A DNA stretch of 64,000 nt from the NCBI GenBank assembly GCA_944386865.1, contig CALXCT010000041.1, positions 3,826 through 67,825 on the forward strand, read 5' to 3'. This document shows, one piece after another, positions 38,468-49,298 of this stretch (position 1 is its first letter; each line of letters starts with the position of its first letter). The notes under the pieces are model-generated. The model did not search any database. It saw only the letters and a program-made list of their open reading frames with translations, and was not told where the DNA came from. The translations under genes and the position numbers were made by a program. The stretch comes from an uncultured Oscillospiraceae bacterium (lineage in GTDB: Bacteria; Bacillota; Clostridia; Oscillospirales; Oscillospiraceae).

Positions 38468-38872
38468 TTAGTCAGCCAAATCCTTCTTTTCCTGCTGCTT
38501 TTCTATAAAACCGGTCACCCTGTCCATCACGTCGGGCACCATCTCCACCACCCGGTCCACCGTGGTGGCGGGCGGCGGCGCCACGGGCAGCACCTTCACC
38601 GTGCTCCCCTTGATCACCAGGAAGGCCACCGGCTGGATGTTCACCCCGGCGCCTCCGCCACCGCCGAACAGGTTGCCGGCGTCCGGCTTCTGGTTCTTGG
38701 TGGTAAAATCGGTCCCCCCGGAGGCAAAGCCGAAGGAGAGCTTGGACACGGGGATCAGGGTGACCTCATCCGTACGGATGGGCTGGCCGATGATCGTGTT
38801 GGCGTCCACCATCTCCCGGATCTTCTGCATGGTAGTGTTCATCAGGTCGTTGATGGGATGATTCTGTTCCAT
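38468..38872 (-). CDS. ytfJ: GerW/YtfJ family sporulation protein
   Basis: Contains TLIPVSKLSFGFASGG.DF and GGGGGAG..I.PVAFLVI. Confidence 0.85.
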   Translation of the reverse strand: MEQNHPINDLMNTTMQKIREMVDANTIIGQPIRTDEVTLIPVSKLSFGFASGGTDFTTKNQKPDAGNLFGGGGGAGVNIQPVAFLVIKGSTVKVLPVAPPPATTVDRVVEMVPDVMDRVTGFIEKQQEKKDLAD

Positions 38873-38875
38873 CTG

Positions 38876-39499
38876 TCAAGCCGCCTTTCTGTTCTTGCTC
38901 TGCATTTTTCTGTATTGCATCAGCTCCCGCAGCAGCGCGGTGCCGATATGAGCGCTCAAAGCGATCCCCTGCCCCACGGTCAGGGACACGCCCGCCCGGG
39001 CGCTGATGGCATATTCCTTCGCATCAAAGTCTGCCCGGATGGAGACTGTTCCATCCCTCAGCCGGACCGCCTGGTTCAGCATGGCCCACAGCCCGCCCAT
39101 CACCGCGTTGGCCTGCCCGTAGCGGACGGCGCAGGCGGCGGGGTCGTCCCCGCCCGGGATGGTCAGCTGAAGCTCCAGCGGCTGGACCAGGACCTTTTTT
39201 CTCAGCCTTGCCGCAGCATCCAGCAGCACCGGCAGGCAGCGCCGGAACAGTCCGAAGCTGCCCCCCCTCTGCCTCTCCCCGGGCTGGCCGGGGCTCTCCC
39301 CTTTCTTTGGCCGCTTTTCCTTCCGGGGCCTGTGCTGCCCGCGCTTTTTTTTGAGCGGGAATACCGTCACACGGAGCGGACCGGTCCGGACCCGGACCCG
39401 CAGGCCGTCCCCGCCGTACTCCACCTCGCCGCCCACCCGAAGCAGGCTGAGCAGCCACAGGCACACCAGGATCGCCGCCAAAATGTACCATCCGGTCAT
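38876..39499 (-). CDS. DUF2953 (YtfI-like) protein
   Basis: An N-terminal TM, a basic linker, and a position directly upstream of ytfJ as in Bacillus ytfI-ytfJ. Confidence 0.65.
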   Translation of the reverse strand: MTGWYILAAILVCLWLLSLLRVGGEVEYGGDGLRVRVRTGPLRVTVFPLKKKRGQHRPRKEKRPKKGESPGQPGERQRGGSFGLFRRCLPVLLDAAARLRKKVLVQPLELQLTIPGGDDPAACAVRYGQANAVMGGLWAMLNQAVRLRDGTVSIRADFDAKEYAISARAGVSLTVGQGIALSAHIGTALLRELMQYRKMQSKNRKAA

Positions 39500-39512
39500 C
39501 TGATCCCCGTCC

Positions 39513-40181
39513 TTATCCGCCCTCCCGGTCCTGCTCCGTCCGGAGCAGGGTCCGGGCCGCGTCCTCCAGTTCCTCGTCGGTCACCTCGCCGTCGGGCAGC
39601 TGCTCCTGCTCCCGGCGCAGCCGCTCCACCGCGGCCTGCATCTCCAGGGTGATCTGGCCGTCCTCCGGCGAGGAGTTGGGCAGCTCAGGCAATTCCTCCA
39701 GGCTGCTCAGGCCGAAGCTGCGCAGGAAATTCTTGGTGGTCCGGTAAAGGATGGGCCTGCCTGGCACAGCCAGCCGGCCGCTCTCCTCGATCAGGTCCCG
39801 CTCCAGCAGCAGGCTCATGGTATAGGAGCTGTCCACCCCGCGGATCTGGTCCACATAGGCCCGGGTGGCGGGCTGATAATAGGCGATGATGGCCAGCACC
39901 TCCAGCGCAGGCTGGGACAACCTGGCCGGGCGGCGGCTCTCCAGCGCCTTGCGGATGATGTCGGCATATTCCGGCGCGGAACACAGCTGGTAACTGTTGT
40001 CCAGCCGCAAAAGCCGGATGCCCCGGCGCTCATAGCTGTAATAGTCTGCCAGGCGCTGGGCCACCGCATCCACCGTGGGGCGGTCGGCCTCCAGGGTGAG
40101 GCACAGCCGCTCCACCCCCACCGGCTCTCCCGCCGCGAACAGGATACCCTCCAGCGCGGCCTCCATCTCCTTCAGTTCCAT
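39513..40181 (-). CDS. scpB: Segregation and condensation protein B
   Basis: Contains LEGILFAAGEPV, LS.PALEVLAIIAYYQP.TRA.VD.IRGV and GRP.LY.TT..FL..FGL. Confidence 0.92.
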   Translation of the reverse strand: MELKEMEAALEGILFAAGEPVGVERLCLTLEADRPTVDAVAQRLADYYSYERRGIRLLRLDNSYQLCSAPEYADIIRKALESRRPARLSQPALEVLAIIAYYQPATRAYVDQIRGVDSSYTMSLLLERDLIEESGRLAVPGRPILYRTTKNFLRSFGLSSLEELPELPNSSPEDGQITLEMQAAVERLRREQEQLPDGEVTDEELEDAARTLLRTEQDREGG

Positions 40182-40192
40182 GGCTGTCCTCC

Positions 40193-40990
40193 TCAGTAGG
40201 CGTCAACGGTGACCTCAAGCTCGCCGCCGCCCTCCTCCGTACAGGTGACGGTGCAGTCCTCCTCCGTCCCCGCCAGGTGAAGTCTTCTTGCTTTACACAG
40301 CTCCAGCACCGCGATAAAGGTGGCCACGATCTCAGACCGGCTCCGGTTCCCCTTGAACAGGGCGCGGAACCGGGTCACACCGAACCGGGCCAGCCGCTGG
40401 AGGATCTCCCCCGCCTTGTCCGCCACGGGATAGGGCTCCCGGCCCACGATGCCCTGAAAGGCGGACACCGGCGGAGGCAGGCGGTTGTCGCTTCGCTCCA
40501 GCGCGGCGAGCATGGCATGGTAGATATCCTGGGGCTGGTGCACATAGCGGTACTGCTTATCCTCCGGAATGTGCTCCGGCACCTTGCACAGATAGTCCCG
40601 GCCCACGCTGTACCGGTCGGCAAGGTCAGGGATGACCGCCTTGATCCTGGTGTAGTTCTCGTTGCGCTGGTGGGCCTCCAGGCTGGCGATCAGCTGCTCC
40701 ATCTCGGACAGGGCCTCCTCGTCGTGGATAGAGAGCAGCATGCGCGTCTTGATGTAGATCAGGTGGGATGCCATGGTGACGAACTCACTGGCCACCTCCA
40801 GGTCCAGGCGCTTGCGCTGGGCCATCCACTCCAGGTACTGGTCCAGGATGAGGGAGATCTGGATGTCCTTGATCTCCATCTTGTTCTTGCTCAGCAGGTG
40901 GAGGATCAGGTCCAGGGGGCCCACGAAGTCCTCCATGTCCTCCGCCTTCGCCTTGACCACCTTCTCCAGGTGGAAGATGGGACTTTCCAA
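40193..40990 (-). CDS. scpA: Segregation and condensation protein A
   Basis: Contains FVGPLDLILHLLSKNKMEIKDIQI. The TTG at 40990 has GGGAGGGG 7 nt upstream. The maximal ORF (to 41050) would overlap the upstream M50 gene by 29 nt. Confidence 0.85.
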   Translation of the reverse strand: MESPIFHLEKVVKAKAEDMEDFVGPLDLILHLLSKNKMEIKDIQISLILDQYLEWMAQRKRLDLEVASEFVTMASHLIYIKTRMLLSIHDEEALSEMEQLIASLEAHQRNENYTRIKAVIPDLADRYSVGRDYLCKVPEHIPEDKQYRYVHQPQDIYHAMLAALERSDNRLPPPVSAFQGIVGREPYPVADKAGEILQRLARFGVTRFRALFKGNRSRSEIVATFIAVLELCKARRLHLAGTEEDCTVTCTEEGGGELEVTVDAY

Positions 40991-41021
40991 GCACTCACCC
41001 CTCCCGGCAGACCCGCCGCCT

Positions 41022-41708
41022 TCAGAAGAAATAGTATTGCAGGATCTCAAAGGGGAACCGGGTCAGAACGCAGAACCCCTTCAGGCAGCCGCCCATCAGG
41101 AAAGACAGCGGCCCGCTGAACACCCCCAGCCACACCAGCACGATCACCAGGAGCATGAAATACTTCTCATACCGCAGGATGTGCAGATAGGCCCTCTCCG
41201 GCAGGAAGGCGAACAGCACCTTGGAGCCGTCCAGCGGCGAGATGGGGATCAGATTGAAGATGCCCAGACCCACGCTGAGCACCGCGACATAGCACAGTAG
41301 CAGGATCGCATAGCTCATCACCACGCTCTGGGGCCCGAAATACAGGCACAGGGAAGCAGCCCCCAGCGCCAGCAGGGCCAGCAAGAAGTTGGAGGCGGGC
41401 CCGGCCAGCGCGGTGAGCGCCATGTCCCGCCTGGGATGCCTGAACCAGCGCATATCCACCGGCACCGGCTTGGCCCAGCCCACCCGCACGGTGAGCATCA
41501 TCAGCAGGCCCAGCGGGTCGATGTGGCTGATGGGGTTCAGCGTCAGCCGGCCCATCCGCTTGGCGGTGGGGTCGCCCAGAAGATCGGCCGCCAGGCCGTG
41601 GCTCACCTCGTGCACCGTGATGCAGAACAGGGCGGCGGCGGCGCTGAGCAGCAGGTAAATCAGCTGGGCGGCGTTGAAATTCTGAAGAAAGGTGCTGATC
41701 GAGTTCAC
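41022..41708 (-). CDS. Site-2 protease family (M50) membrane metalloprotease
   Basis: Contains HEVSHGLAA (HExxH), GRLTLNPISHIDPLG and NLIPISPLDGSK. GTG start. Confidence 0.85.
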   Translation of the reverse strand: MNSISTFLQNFNAAQLIYLLLSAAAALFCITVHEVSHGLAADLLGDPTAKRMGRLTLNPISHIDPLGLLMMLTVRVGWAKPVPVDMRWFRHPRRDMALTALAGPASNFLLALLALGAASLCLYFGPQSVVMSYAILLLCYVAVLSVGLGIFNLIPISPLDGSKVLFAFLPERAYLHILRYEKYFMLLVIVLVWLGVFSGPLSFLMGGCLKGFCVLTRFPFEILQYYFF

Positions 41709-41744
41709 TCTGTCCCCTCATTCTTCCCAATATTTCAGGTAAAT

Positions 41745-41773
41745 ATTGTACCACAGGCAGGGCGGATACGCAA
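41745..41773 (-). promoter_or_regulatory. Putative sigma-A promoter for the M50-scpA-scpB... operon
   Basis: On the minus strand: TTGCGT (41773..68), 17 nt, TG-extended TACAAT (41750..45). Confidence 0.5.
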
Positions 41774-41802
41774 GCCGTTCCCACGCGCGACCCCGGAACG
41801 CA

Positions 41803-41835
41803 GAGAAACGCCCGGTCCCCGCCCAGGGGACCGGG
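41803..41835 (-). terminator. Terminator after engB
   Basis: On the minus strand, CCCGGTCCCC-TGGGC-GGGGACCGGG is followed by CGTTTCTCT. Confidence 0.55.
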
Positions 41836-41842
41836 CCTCATC

Positions 41843-42454
41843 TCAGATCGCGTCACTCCGGCCGGCGATATGCCGCTCGATCTCAGACAGCAGCGCCTCC
41901 CGACCCGTCCCGTTCTCCGCTGAAAAGGGGATCAGCTTTACATTGTCGTCCAGTTCAAGCTCCTCACGGATCAGAGCCAGATTGCCCTCCAGCTCGCTCT
42001 TTTTCAGCTTGTCCAGTTTGTTGGCCGCCACCACGAAGGGCCGGCCGCTCTGCTTGAACCAATCGGCCATGGTGCAGTCGTTGGCGGTAGGCCGGTGGCG
42101 GGCATCCACGATGAGGATGCCCAGGGTAAGCAGGTCCGGCTGGGCAAAATAGGACTCGATCAGCCGGCCCCAGCGCTCCTTCTCCGCCTTTGGCACCTTG
42201 GCGTAGCCATAGCCCGGCAGGTCCACGAAGTAGGCCTTCCCATCAATTTTGAAATAATTGATATGGGTAGTCTTGCCCGGCGCGGCGCCCACCCGGGCAA
42301 AATTCTTCCGGCAGAGCAGACGGTTGATCACCGAGGATTTACCCACATTGGACCGCCCGGCAAAGGCGATCTGAGGCAGGCGGTCCCGGGGGAAATCCCG
42401 CTGGCCCGCCGCGGAGATGAGAAATTCCGCATTCTGCAGGTTCATGTCCGCCAC
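41843..42454 (-). CDS. engB: Ribosome biogenesis GTPase YsxC/EngB
   Basis: Contains IAFAGRSNVGKSS.IN, DLPGYGYA and ANKLDKL. Confidence 0.92.
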   Translation of the reverse strand: MADMNLQNAEFLISAAGQRDFPRDRLPQIAFAGRSNVGKSSVINRLLCRKNFARVGAAPGKTTHINYFKIDGKAYFVDLPGYGYAKVPKAEKERWGRLIESYFAQPDLLTLGILIVDARHRPTANDCTMADWFKQSGRPFVVAANKLDKLKKSELEGNLALIREELELDDNVKLIPFSAENGTGREALLSEIERHIAGRSDAI

Positions 42455-42455
42455 C

Positions 42456-44864
42456 TCACTGCTTCAGGCGCAGATGGCCGCCCTCGTCCCGGCTGTGCTC
42501 CGCGCCGGCGTCCAGCCCGGCCAGCGGGCTCTGCTCCTCCGTCTCCAGCGCGGCGGCCAGCACCTGGTCGGCGCTCTCCACGGGGATGAACGTCAGGGCG
42601 GCCCGCACCGTCTGGTCGATCTCCTCCAGGTCCTTCTCGTTGTCCGCCGGGAGGATCACCGTCTTGATCCCGCTGCGCAGGGCGGCCATGGTCTTCTCCT
42701 TCAGGCCGCCGATGGGCAGCACCCTGCCGCGCAGGGTCACCTCGCCCGTCATGGCCAGCCCGGGCCGCACCGCGGTGCCCGTCAGGGCGGAGACGATGGC
42801 GGTGGTGATGGTGATGCCCGCCGACGGGCCGTCCTTGGGCACCGCCCCCTCCGGGAAGTGGACGTGGATGTCCTTCTCCTTGTAGAAGTTCTCGTCGATG
42901 CCCAGCTGTCTGCACCGGCTGCGGATGAAGCTCATGGCCGCCTGGGCGGACTCCTTCATCACCTCGCCCAGGTTGCCCGTCAGCTCCAGCTTGCCGGAGC
43001 CAGGCACCACGTTCACCTCCACCTCCAGCAGCTCACCGCCCACGGAGGTCCAGGCCAGTCCATTGACCACGCCCACCCGGCGCTCCAGCACCTGTCGCTC
43101 CGGGTAATACTTGCGCACGCCCAAGTATTCCTCAAGCTGGTCGCCTGTGATGCTGATCCGCTTTACATCACCTGATACCAGCTTCATTGCGGTCTTCCGG
43201 CACAGGGTGGCGATCTGCCGCTCCAGGATACGCACACCGGACTCCCGGGTGTAGGCGGAGATCACCTCCCGGATGGCGTCGTCGGTCACCTGCAGCTGCC
43301 GGGCCTTCAGCCCGTGGCGCTTGAGTTCCTTGGGCAGCAGGTGGCGGCGGGCGATCTGCAGCTTCTCCTCGTCAGTGTAGCTGGACAGCTCGATGACCTC
43401 CATCCGGTCCAGCAGCGGCCGGGGGATGGTGGAGGTGGTGTTGGCGGTGGTGATGAACATCACGTCGGACAGGTCAAAGGGCAGCCCCAGGAAATGGTCC
43501 CGGAAGGTCGCGTTCTGCTCCCCATCCAGCACCTCAAGAAGCGCGGAGGCGGGGTCGCCCCGGTGGTCCTGCCCAAGCTTGTCGATCTCGTCCAGCAGCA
43601 TCAGGGGATTGCTGCTGCCAGCCTGGTTGATGGCGGCGATGATCCGGCCGGGCATGGCGCCCACATAGGTCTTCCGGTGTCCGCGGATCTCCGCCTCGTC
43701 GTGGACACCGCCCAGGGAAATGCGGGCCAGCTTCCGGTTCAGCGCCCGGGCCACCGACATGGCCACCGAGGTCTTGCCCACGCCCGGCGGGCCCACCAGA
43801 CACAGCACCTGGCCCTTCAGGTCTGGCGCCAGCTGCTTGACCGCCAGGAACTCCAGGATGCGCTCCTTCACCTTGTCCAGGCCGAAGTGGTCCCGGTCCA
43901 GGATCTTTCGGGCCGCCTCCACGTTCACCCGCTCCTTGGTCTTTTTGTCCCAGGGCAGTTCCAGGCAAACGTCCAGATAGTTGCGCAGCACCGAGCCCTC
44001 GGAGGAGCCGAAGGACTGCTTGGCCAGGTGGGCCAGCTCCTTGAGCAGCTTCTCCCGCACCTGGTCGGGCAGCTCCCGCTCCACGATCTTCTTCCGGTAC
44101 TCGTCGATCTCGTTGTCGCCGTACTCCCCTTCGCCCAGCTCCGACTGGATCACCTTCAGCTGCTCCCGCAGGAAATAATCCCGCTGATTGCCGTTGATCT
44201 GCTCCCGGACCTTGTTCTGCAGGTCGTCCTCGATGTTGAGGATCTCCACCTCCCGCTCCAGCATGCGGTGCATCTTCTCCAGGCGCCGCAGGGGGCGGAC
44301 CTCGGCCAGGATGGCCTGCTTGTCCTCGTTGCGCATGGGGATGCTCTGGGCGATATAGTCCGCGATATAGCCAGGGTCCTCGCTGGCCAGGATGGTGATA
44401 TAGGCCTCGGGGCTCATCTTGGGCGAGAGCTGGCAGTACTGCTCGAAGGTGTCGTAGACGCTTCGGATGCGCGCCTCGGTCCGGGCGGTCTTGGCGGGCG
44501 AGAGCGGCTCGGGCAGCTCCTCCACCTCAGCGATATAGTAGGGGTCCGTCTGGGTCAGGGAGCGCAGGCGGCCGCGGGTGCCTCCCTCCACCATCACCCG
44601 CACGGTATTGCCCTGCAGGCGCAGCAGCTGGCGGATGGTGGAGATGGTGCCCACCCTGTGCAGGTCGTCAAGGGCGGGCTTTTCGGTCATCAGATCCTTC
44701 TGGGACAGAAGGAAGATGGACTGCCCCTGCTCCATGGCGGCCTCCAGGGCGTGGATGGAGATATCCCTGCCCACGTCGAAGTGGATGTTCATGTTGGGGA
44801 ACACCGTGATGCCCCGCAGGGCCATCATGGGAATGGTAAGGATTCGGTTCTTCACCGCTTCCAT
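42456..44864 (-). CDS. lon: ATP-dependent Lon protease (LonA)
   Basis: A LON N-domain, then [14 protein letters not shown] and [10 protein letters not shown] (catalytic Ser). Confidence 0.95.
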   Translation of the reverse strand: MEAVKNRILTIPMMALRGITVFPNMNIHFDVGRDISIHALEAAMEQGQSIFLLSQKDLMTEKPALDDLHRVGTISTIRQLLRLQGNTVRVMVEGGTRGRLRSLTQTDPYYIAEVEELPEPLSPAKTARTEARIRSVYDTFEQYCQLSPKMSPEAYITILASEDPGYIADYIAQSIPMRNEDKQAILAEVRPLRRLEKMHRMLEREVEILNIEDDLQNKVREQINGNQRDYFLREQLKVIQSELGEGEYGDNEIDEYRKKIVERELPDQVREKLLKELAHLAKQSFGSSEGSVLRNYLDVCLELPWDKKTKERVNVEAARKILDRDHFGLDKVKERILEFLAVKQLAPDLKGQVLCLVGPPGVGKTSVAMSVARALNRKLARISLGGVHDEAEIRGHRKTYVGAMPGRIIAAINQAGSSNPLMLLDEIDKLGQDHRGDPASALLEVLDGEQNATFRDHFLGLPFDLSDVMFITTANTTSTIPRPLLDRMEVIELSSYTDEEKLQIARRHLLPKELKRHGLKARQLQVTDDAIREVISAYTRESGVRILERQIATLCRKTAMKLVSGDVKRISITGDQLEEYLGVRKYYPERQVLERRVGVVNGLAWTSVGGELLEVEVNVVPGSGKLELTGNLGEVMKESAQAAMSFIRSRCRQLGIDENFYKEKDIHVHFPEGAVPKDGPSAGITITTAIVSALTGTAVRPGLAMTGEVTLRGRVLPIGGLKEKTMAALRSGIKTVILPADNEKDLEEIDQTVRAALTFIPVESADQVLAAALETEEQSPLAGLDAGAEHSRDEGGHLRLKQ

Positions 44865-44898
44865 GTCAGATCACTTCCTCTCTTGGGAACGGTTGGGG

Positions 44899-44940
44899 AA
44901 AAAGCCGCGCAGAGGCCCTCCGGGCTTCCACGCGGCTTTT
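44899..44940 (-). terminator. Hairpin terminator/attenuator between clpX and lon
   Basis: On the minus strand, AGCCGCG...CGCGGCU is followed by UUUUUCCCC. Confidence 0.5.
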
Positions 44941-44950
44941 CTGTCGAAGG

Positions 44951-46273
44951 TCAGGAGGCGTTGCTCCCACGGGGAGCGGCTCCTCCCCGCTCGCTGTGCA
45001 GGCCAGCCTGCCTCAGCCGCGGTTTTTCCGTGCGCTGTTCATTCAGAATGAGCTGGGGGGGCACCTTGTCCCGCACGCTCTCTGCGGTGATGATCACCTT
45101 CTCGATCCGGGGATCGGAGGGCACGTCATACATCACCTGGGTCATCACTTCCTCCAGCACCGCCCGCAGGCCGCGGGCACCGATGTTGCGCTCGATAGCC
45201 TTGTCGGCCACAGCCTCCAGCGCCTCGGGCTGGAACTCCAGCTCCACGTCGTCATACTCCATCAGTTTGCTGTACTGCTTGACCAGCGCGTTTTTCGGCT
45301 CGGTCAGGATGCGCACCAGTTGCTCCTTGTCCAGAGCCTGGAGGGCGGTGATCACCGGAAGTCGGCCCACCAGCTCGGGGATGATGCCGAACTTCAGCAG
45401 ATCGTGAGGCTGGATCTCCTTGAACAGGGCGCTGACATCCTTCTCCTTCCGGCTCTGGATCTCGGCCCCGAAGCCCATGCTCTTTTTGTCCAGCCGCTTC
45501 TCGATGATCTTCTCGATCCCGTCGAAGGCGCCGCCGCAGATGAACAGGATGTTGGTGGTGTCCACCTGGATGAACTCCTGATGGGGGTGCTTGCGGCCGC
45601 CCTGGGGCGGAACGTTGGCCACCGTGCCCTCCAGGATCTTCAGCAGCGCCTGCTGCACGCCCTCGCCGGACACGTCCCGGGTGATGGAGGTGTTCTCGCT
45701 CTTGCGGGCGATCTTATCCATTTCGTCGATATAGATGATGCCCCGCTCCGCCAGCTCCACGTCATAGTCGGCGGCCTGGACCAGGCGCAGCAGGATGTTC
45801 TCCACGTCGTCGCCCACATAGCCCGCCTCAGTCAGGGTGGTGGCGTCCGCGATGGCAAAGGGCACCTTCAGGATACGGGCCAGGGTCTGGGCGAACAGGG
45901 TCTTGCCCGAGCCGGTGGGCCCGATGAGCAGGATATTGCTCTTCTGCAGCTCCACGTCGCTGTCCCCGCCGAAGTAGATGCGCTTGTAATGGTTGTACAC
46001 CGCCACCGACAGGGCGATCTTGGACTGCTCCTGTCCGATGATGTACTGGTCCAGCACCTGGCGGATCTCCCGGGGGGTGGGGATGGAGTCGGGCACCGCG
46101 AAGGCGGACTCGGTCTCCTGGTAGTTCTCCTCCTCTCCCAGGATGCCCAGACAGAGCTGCACGCACTCGTTGCAGATATAGGCGCCCGGCCCGGCGATCA
46201 TGCGCTGGACCTGGTCCTGGTATTTGCCGCAGAAAGAGCAGCGGACGGATTTTTTCTCGTCGTTTTTAGCCAT
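44951..46273 (-). CDS. clpX: ATP-dependent Clp protease ATP-binding subunit ClpX
   Basis: An N-terminal zinc finger (CSFCGK...CNEC), then [18 protein letters not shown] and GARGLR. ATG at 46273 with GAGG upstream. Confidence 0.95.
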   Translation of the reverse strand: MAKNDEKKSVRCSFCGKYQDQVQRMIAGPGAYICNECVQLCLGILGEEENYQETESAFAVPDSIPTPREIRQVLDQYIIGQEQSKIALSVAVYNHYKRIYFGGDSDVELQKSNILLIGPTGSGKTLFAQTLARILKVPFAIADATTLTEAGYVGDDVENILLRLVQAADYDVELAERGIIYIDEMDKIARKSENTSITRDVSGEGVQQALLKILEGTVANVPPQGGRKHPHQEFIQVDTTNILFICGGAFDGIEKIIEKRLDKKSMGFGAEIQSRKEKDVSALFKEIQPHDLLKFGIIPELVGRLPVITALQALDKEQLVRILTEPKNALVKQYSKLMEYDDVELEFQPEALEAVADKAIERNIGARGLRAVLEEVMTQVMYDVPSDPRIEKVIITAESVRDKVPPQLILNEQRTEKPRLRQAGLHSERGGAAPRGSNAS

Positions 46274-46336
46274 ATGATACCTCATGTTGACACCGCAAAG
46301 GAGTGGAAGCGGTGTCCGCCCCACTCCTCTGCCATT

Positions 46337-46918
46337 TTAGCGCTTATAGATGACCTTGTCGATCAGGCCGTACTCCCGGGCCTGCTCCGCGGTCATGAAG
46401 TTGTCCCGCTCACAGTCGGCGGCCACCACATCGAAGGGCTTGCCGCAGTTTTCCGCCATGATGGTGGTCAGGTTCTTTTTGATCTGCAGCATCCGCTCGG
46501 CGTGGATCTGGATGTCGGTGGCCTGACCCTTGAAGCCGCCCAGGGGCTGGTGGATCATGATCTCCGCGTTGGGCAGGGCCAGACGCTTGCCCTTGGTGCC
46601 GGCCGACAGCAGGAACGCGCCCATGGAGGCGGCCATGCCGATGCAGATGGTGGACACGTCACACTTGACATACTGCATGGTGTCATAGATGGCCATGCCG
46701 TCGGTGACGGAGCCGCCGGGGCTGTTGATGTAGAACTGGATGTCCTTGTCCGGGTCCTGGGCCTCCAGGTAGAGCAGCTGTGCCACCACCAGGGACGCGG
46801 TGGTGGCGTTGACCTCCTCCCCCAGGAAGATGATCCGGTCATTGAGCAGGCGGGAGAAGATGTCATAGGACCGCTCTCCCCGGTTGGTCTGCTCCACAAC
46901 ATAAGGTACTAAACTCAT
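46337..46918 (-). CDS. clpP: ATP-dependent Clp protease proteolytic subunit
   Basis: The product reads [31 protein letters not shown]; [11 protein letters not shown]; MIHQP. AGGAG RBS. Confidence 0.95.
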   Translation of the reverse strand: MSLVPYVVEQTNRGERSYDIFSRLLNDRIIFLGEEVNATTASLVVAQLLYLEAQDPDKDIQFYINSPGGSVTDGMAIYDTMQYVKCDVSTICIGMAASMGAFLLSAGTKGKRLALPNAEIMIHQPLGGFKGQATDIQIHAERMLQIKKNLTTIMAENCGKPFDVVAADCERDNFMTAEQAREYGLIDKVIYKR

Positions 46919-47033
46919 GCGCTGTACTCCTTTTTCGCTGTGCTGCCCCGGGCGGCAGGTGCCGGAGCGCTGAAACAAGGATATTATATCCTCCCGCGCC
47001 CCGTCCCATACCGGGAAAGGCAGCCGCCCGTGC

Positions 47034-48497
47034 TCACTCGGCGGCGGGCTCCTCCTTCTTGGCGGTCTTCTTGGCGGCGGGCTTCTTCTCCTCGCCCTCC
47101 TCCGCCTTCTTACGGGTGGTCTTCTTGGCGGCGGGCTTCTTTTCCTCGCCCTCCTCCGCCTTCTTGCGGGTGGTCTTCTTGGCGGCGGGCTTCTTCTCCT
47201 CGCCCTCCTCCGCCTTCTCGGGGGCAGGGCCCGCCTTGGCGTTGGCCAGGACGAAGTCCCGGGCCTTCTGGATCAGCAGGTCGCTGCGCAGGTCGGCCTC
47301 GGCCACGGCGGACTTGATCTGCTCGGCCTCCATCTTGTACTGCTCGGCCAGGCGGGCGATCTCCGCGTCGATCTCCTCCTGGGTCAGCTCCATCTTCTCC
47401 GCAGCGGCCACGGCCTCCAGCGCCAGCTCGGACTTGATCTGGTTGGCGGCGGTCTCCTTGGCGTCGGTGCGCAGAGCGTCGGGGGTCATACCCATCATCT
47501 GCAGGTACTCGCTGAAGTCCATGCCGGAGCCCTGGATGCGGGAGGCGTAGTCCTGGATCATCTGGTCGGCGCGGTAGTCGATCATGGCCTGGGGCAGCTC
47601 CACGGTCATGTTGTTCACCAGCTGCTCCAGAATGGCGTTCTCATACTCCCGCTTAGACTGCTCGGCGCGGCGCTCGGCCAGCTTCTCCTTCAGGCTGTTC
47701 TTCAGCTCGTCCAGCGTCTCGAACTCAGACACGTCCTTGGCGAACTCGTCGTCCACCTTGGGGGTCACAGCGGTCTTCACCGCGTGCATCTTGACCTTGA
47801 ACACCACGTCCTTGCCGGCCAGCTCGGGGGTGTAGTTCTCGGGGAAGGTGATGTTGATCTCTTTCTCCTCGCCGGCCTTCATGCCGATCACCTGGTCCTC
47901 GAAGCCGGGGACGAAGGAGTTGGAGCCCAGCTGCAGGTTGTACTTCTCGCCCTTGCCGCCCTCGAAGGGCACGCCGTCCTTGAAGCCCTCGAAGTCGATC
48001 ATGGCGGTGTCGCCGCTGCGGGCCTCGCGGTCCACGTCCACCATGCGGGTGGCGCGGGCGATCAGGGGCTTCAGCTCGTCCTCCACGTCGGCCTCGGTGA
48101 CCACGACCTCGCCCTTGGGCGCGGTCAGGCCCTTGTACTCGCCCAGCTTCACCTCGGGCTTCACGGTGACGATCGCCTTGAAGGTCAGGCCGTTCTCGCC
48201 CACCTCCTGCACCTCGATCTGAGGATAGCCCACGGCATCCAGCTTCTGGTCCAGGATGGCCTGGGAGTAGGCCACGGGATAGACCTCGTTGATGGCGTCC
48301 TCATAGAACACGCCGGCGCCGTACATGCTCTCGATGATCTTCCGGGGGGCCTTGCCCTTGCGGAAGCCGGGGATGCTGATGCTGTTGCGGTTTTTCAGGT
48401 AGACGCGGTTGACGGCGGCGTCAAATTCCTCGTGGCCCACCTCGATCAGCAGCTCAACGGTGCTGTTCTCTTTCTTTTCAGCGCTCTTGACGATCAT
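47034..48497 (-). CDS. tig: Trigger factor with repetitive Lys/Glu-rich C-terminal extension
   Basis: The product starts [20 protein letters not shown]...[12 protein letters not shown], with an FKBP-type middle domain. AGGAGG RBS. The tail carries three copies of [18 protein letters not shown]. Confidence 0.93.
   Translation of the reverse strand: MIVKSAEKKENSTVELLIEVGHEEFDAAVNRVYLKNRNSISIPGFRKGKAPRKIIESMYGAGVFYEDAINEVYPVAYSQAILDQKLDAVGYPQIEVQEVGENGLTFKAIVTVKPEVKLGEYKGLTAPKGEVVVTEADVEDELKPLIARATRMVDVDREARSGDTAMIDFEGFKDGVPFEGGKGEKYNLQLGSNSFVPGFEDQVIGMKAGEEKEINITFPENYTPELAGKDVVFKVKMHAVKTAVTPKVDDEFAKDVSEFETLDELKNSLKEKLAERRAEQSKREYENAILEQLVNNMTVELPQAMIDYRADQMIQDYASRIQGSGMDFSEYLQMMGMTPDALRTDAKETAANQIKSELALEAVAAAEKMELTQEEIDAEIARLAEQYKMEAEQIKSAVAEADLRSDLLIQKARDFVLANAKAGPAPEKAEEGEEKKPAAKKTTRKKAEEGEEKKPAAKKTTRKKAEEGEEKKPAAKKTAKKEEPAAE
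47064..47225. repeat. In-frame tandem repeat, 3 x 54 bp, inside the tig 3' end
   Basis: Units 47064..47117, 47118..47171 and 47172..47225. Units 1 and 2 differ at 2 positions; unit 3 diverges at its end. Confidence 0.85.
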
Positions 48498-48611
48498 TCT
48501 TTTTCCTCCTGTCGGCCCTCCCGGCGCCACTGTTCCCTGCCGGGCGGCCCTGTATATGTTCATCCGTAGTATTTTATCAGAGTTTCCCCTGAAATACCAG
48601 CCCTTTTTTTC

Positions 48612-49298
48612 TCAATCGCAAATTTTTTCGGGCTGAAAGCCGAGATAATCGGCGGAGACCATGGAATAGGTCACCCCGCCCACAGTTCCCTGGACGGCCA
48701 GCCGGTGGCTTGGGCCGTGGAGATGGCCGTAAAAGCAGCGCTCCACGCCGTACCGCTCCAGCAGCTCCATGATCTCCGGACAGCGGTAGCCCTCGTAGCA
48801 GGGCGGGTAGTGAAGAAAGCAGAACTTTCGCCGCTCCCCCGCCGCCTTCAGGGACGTCTCCAGCCGGATCAGCTCCCGGCGGAACACCTTCTCGTTGTGT
48901 CCCCCCTGGTCCTCCTCATAGAACCAGCCCCGGGTGCCGCACAGGGCGATCTCCCTCCACAGGGCGCAGTTGTTGTGCAGCAGCGCAAAGCGGTCCCAGC
49001 CATTGTCCCGGAAGAAGGCGGTCATCTTGGCCGCCGTGTTCCACCAGTAGTCGTGGTTGCCCTTGAGCAGCAGCTTCCGGCCGGGGAAGGAATCCAGGAA
49101 GGCGAAGTCCGCCCTCGCCTGCTCCAGGCTCATCCCCCAGGACACGTCGCCGCACAGCACCAGGGTGTCCTCCTCCCGCAGGACGGACAGGCCCCGGCGC
49201 AGCTTGTCCACATAGCCCTCCCAGGCGCCGCCAAACACGTCCATGGGCTTGCTGACCGACAGGGACAGGTGGGTGTCCCCCATGGCGTAAAGCGCCAT
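48612..49298 (-). CDS. Metallophosphoesterase (calcineurin-like)
   Basis: Contains MALYAMGDTHL, CGDVSWG, GNHDYWW, HYPP and GHLHG. Its ATG shares one base with the thrC TGA (TGATG). Confidence 0.85.
   Translation of the reverse strand: MALYAMGDTHLSLSVSKPMDVFGGAWEGYVDKLRRGLSVLREEDTLVLCGDVSWGMSLEQARADFAFLDSFPGRKLLLKGNHDYWWNTAAKMTAFFRDNGWDRFALLHNNCALWREIALCGTRGWFYEEDQGGHNEKVFRRELIRLETSLKAAGERRKFCFLHYPPCYEGYRCPEIMELLERYGVERCFYGHLHGPSHRLAVQGTVGGVTYSMVSADYLGFQPEKICD

Noticed and set aside
46919-47033. CtsR operator (GGTCAAA direct repeat) or CIRCE element upstream of clpP.
   Set aside because: Neither motif is present. I see only a TATAAT-containing stretch and a weak hairpin.
47064-47225. Regular 54-bp repeats considered as a possible CRISPR or minisatellite.
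   Set aside because: The units are contiguous without spacers and in frame inside tig, encoding an 18-aa peptide repeat. This is not a CRISPR array.
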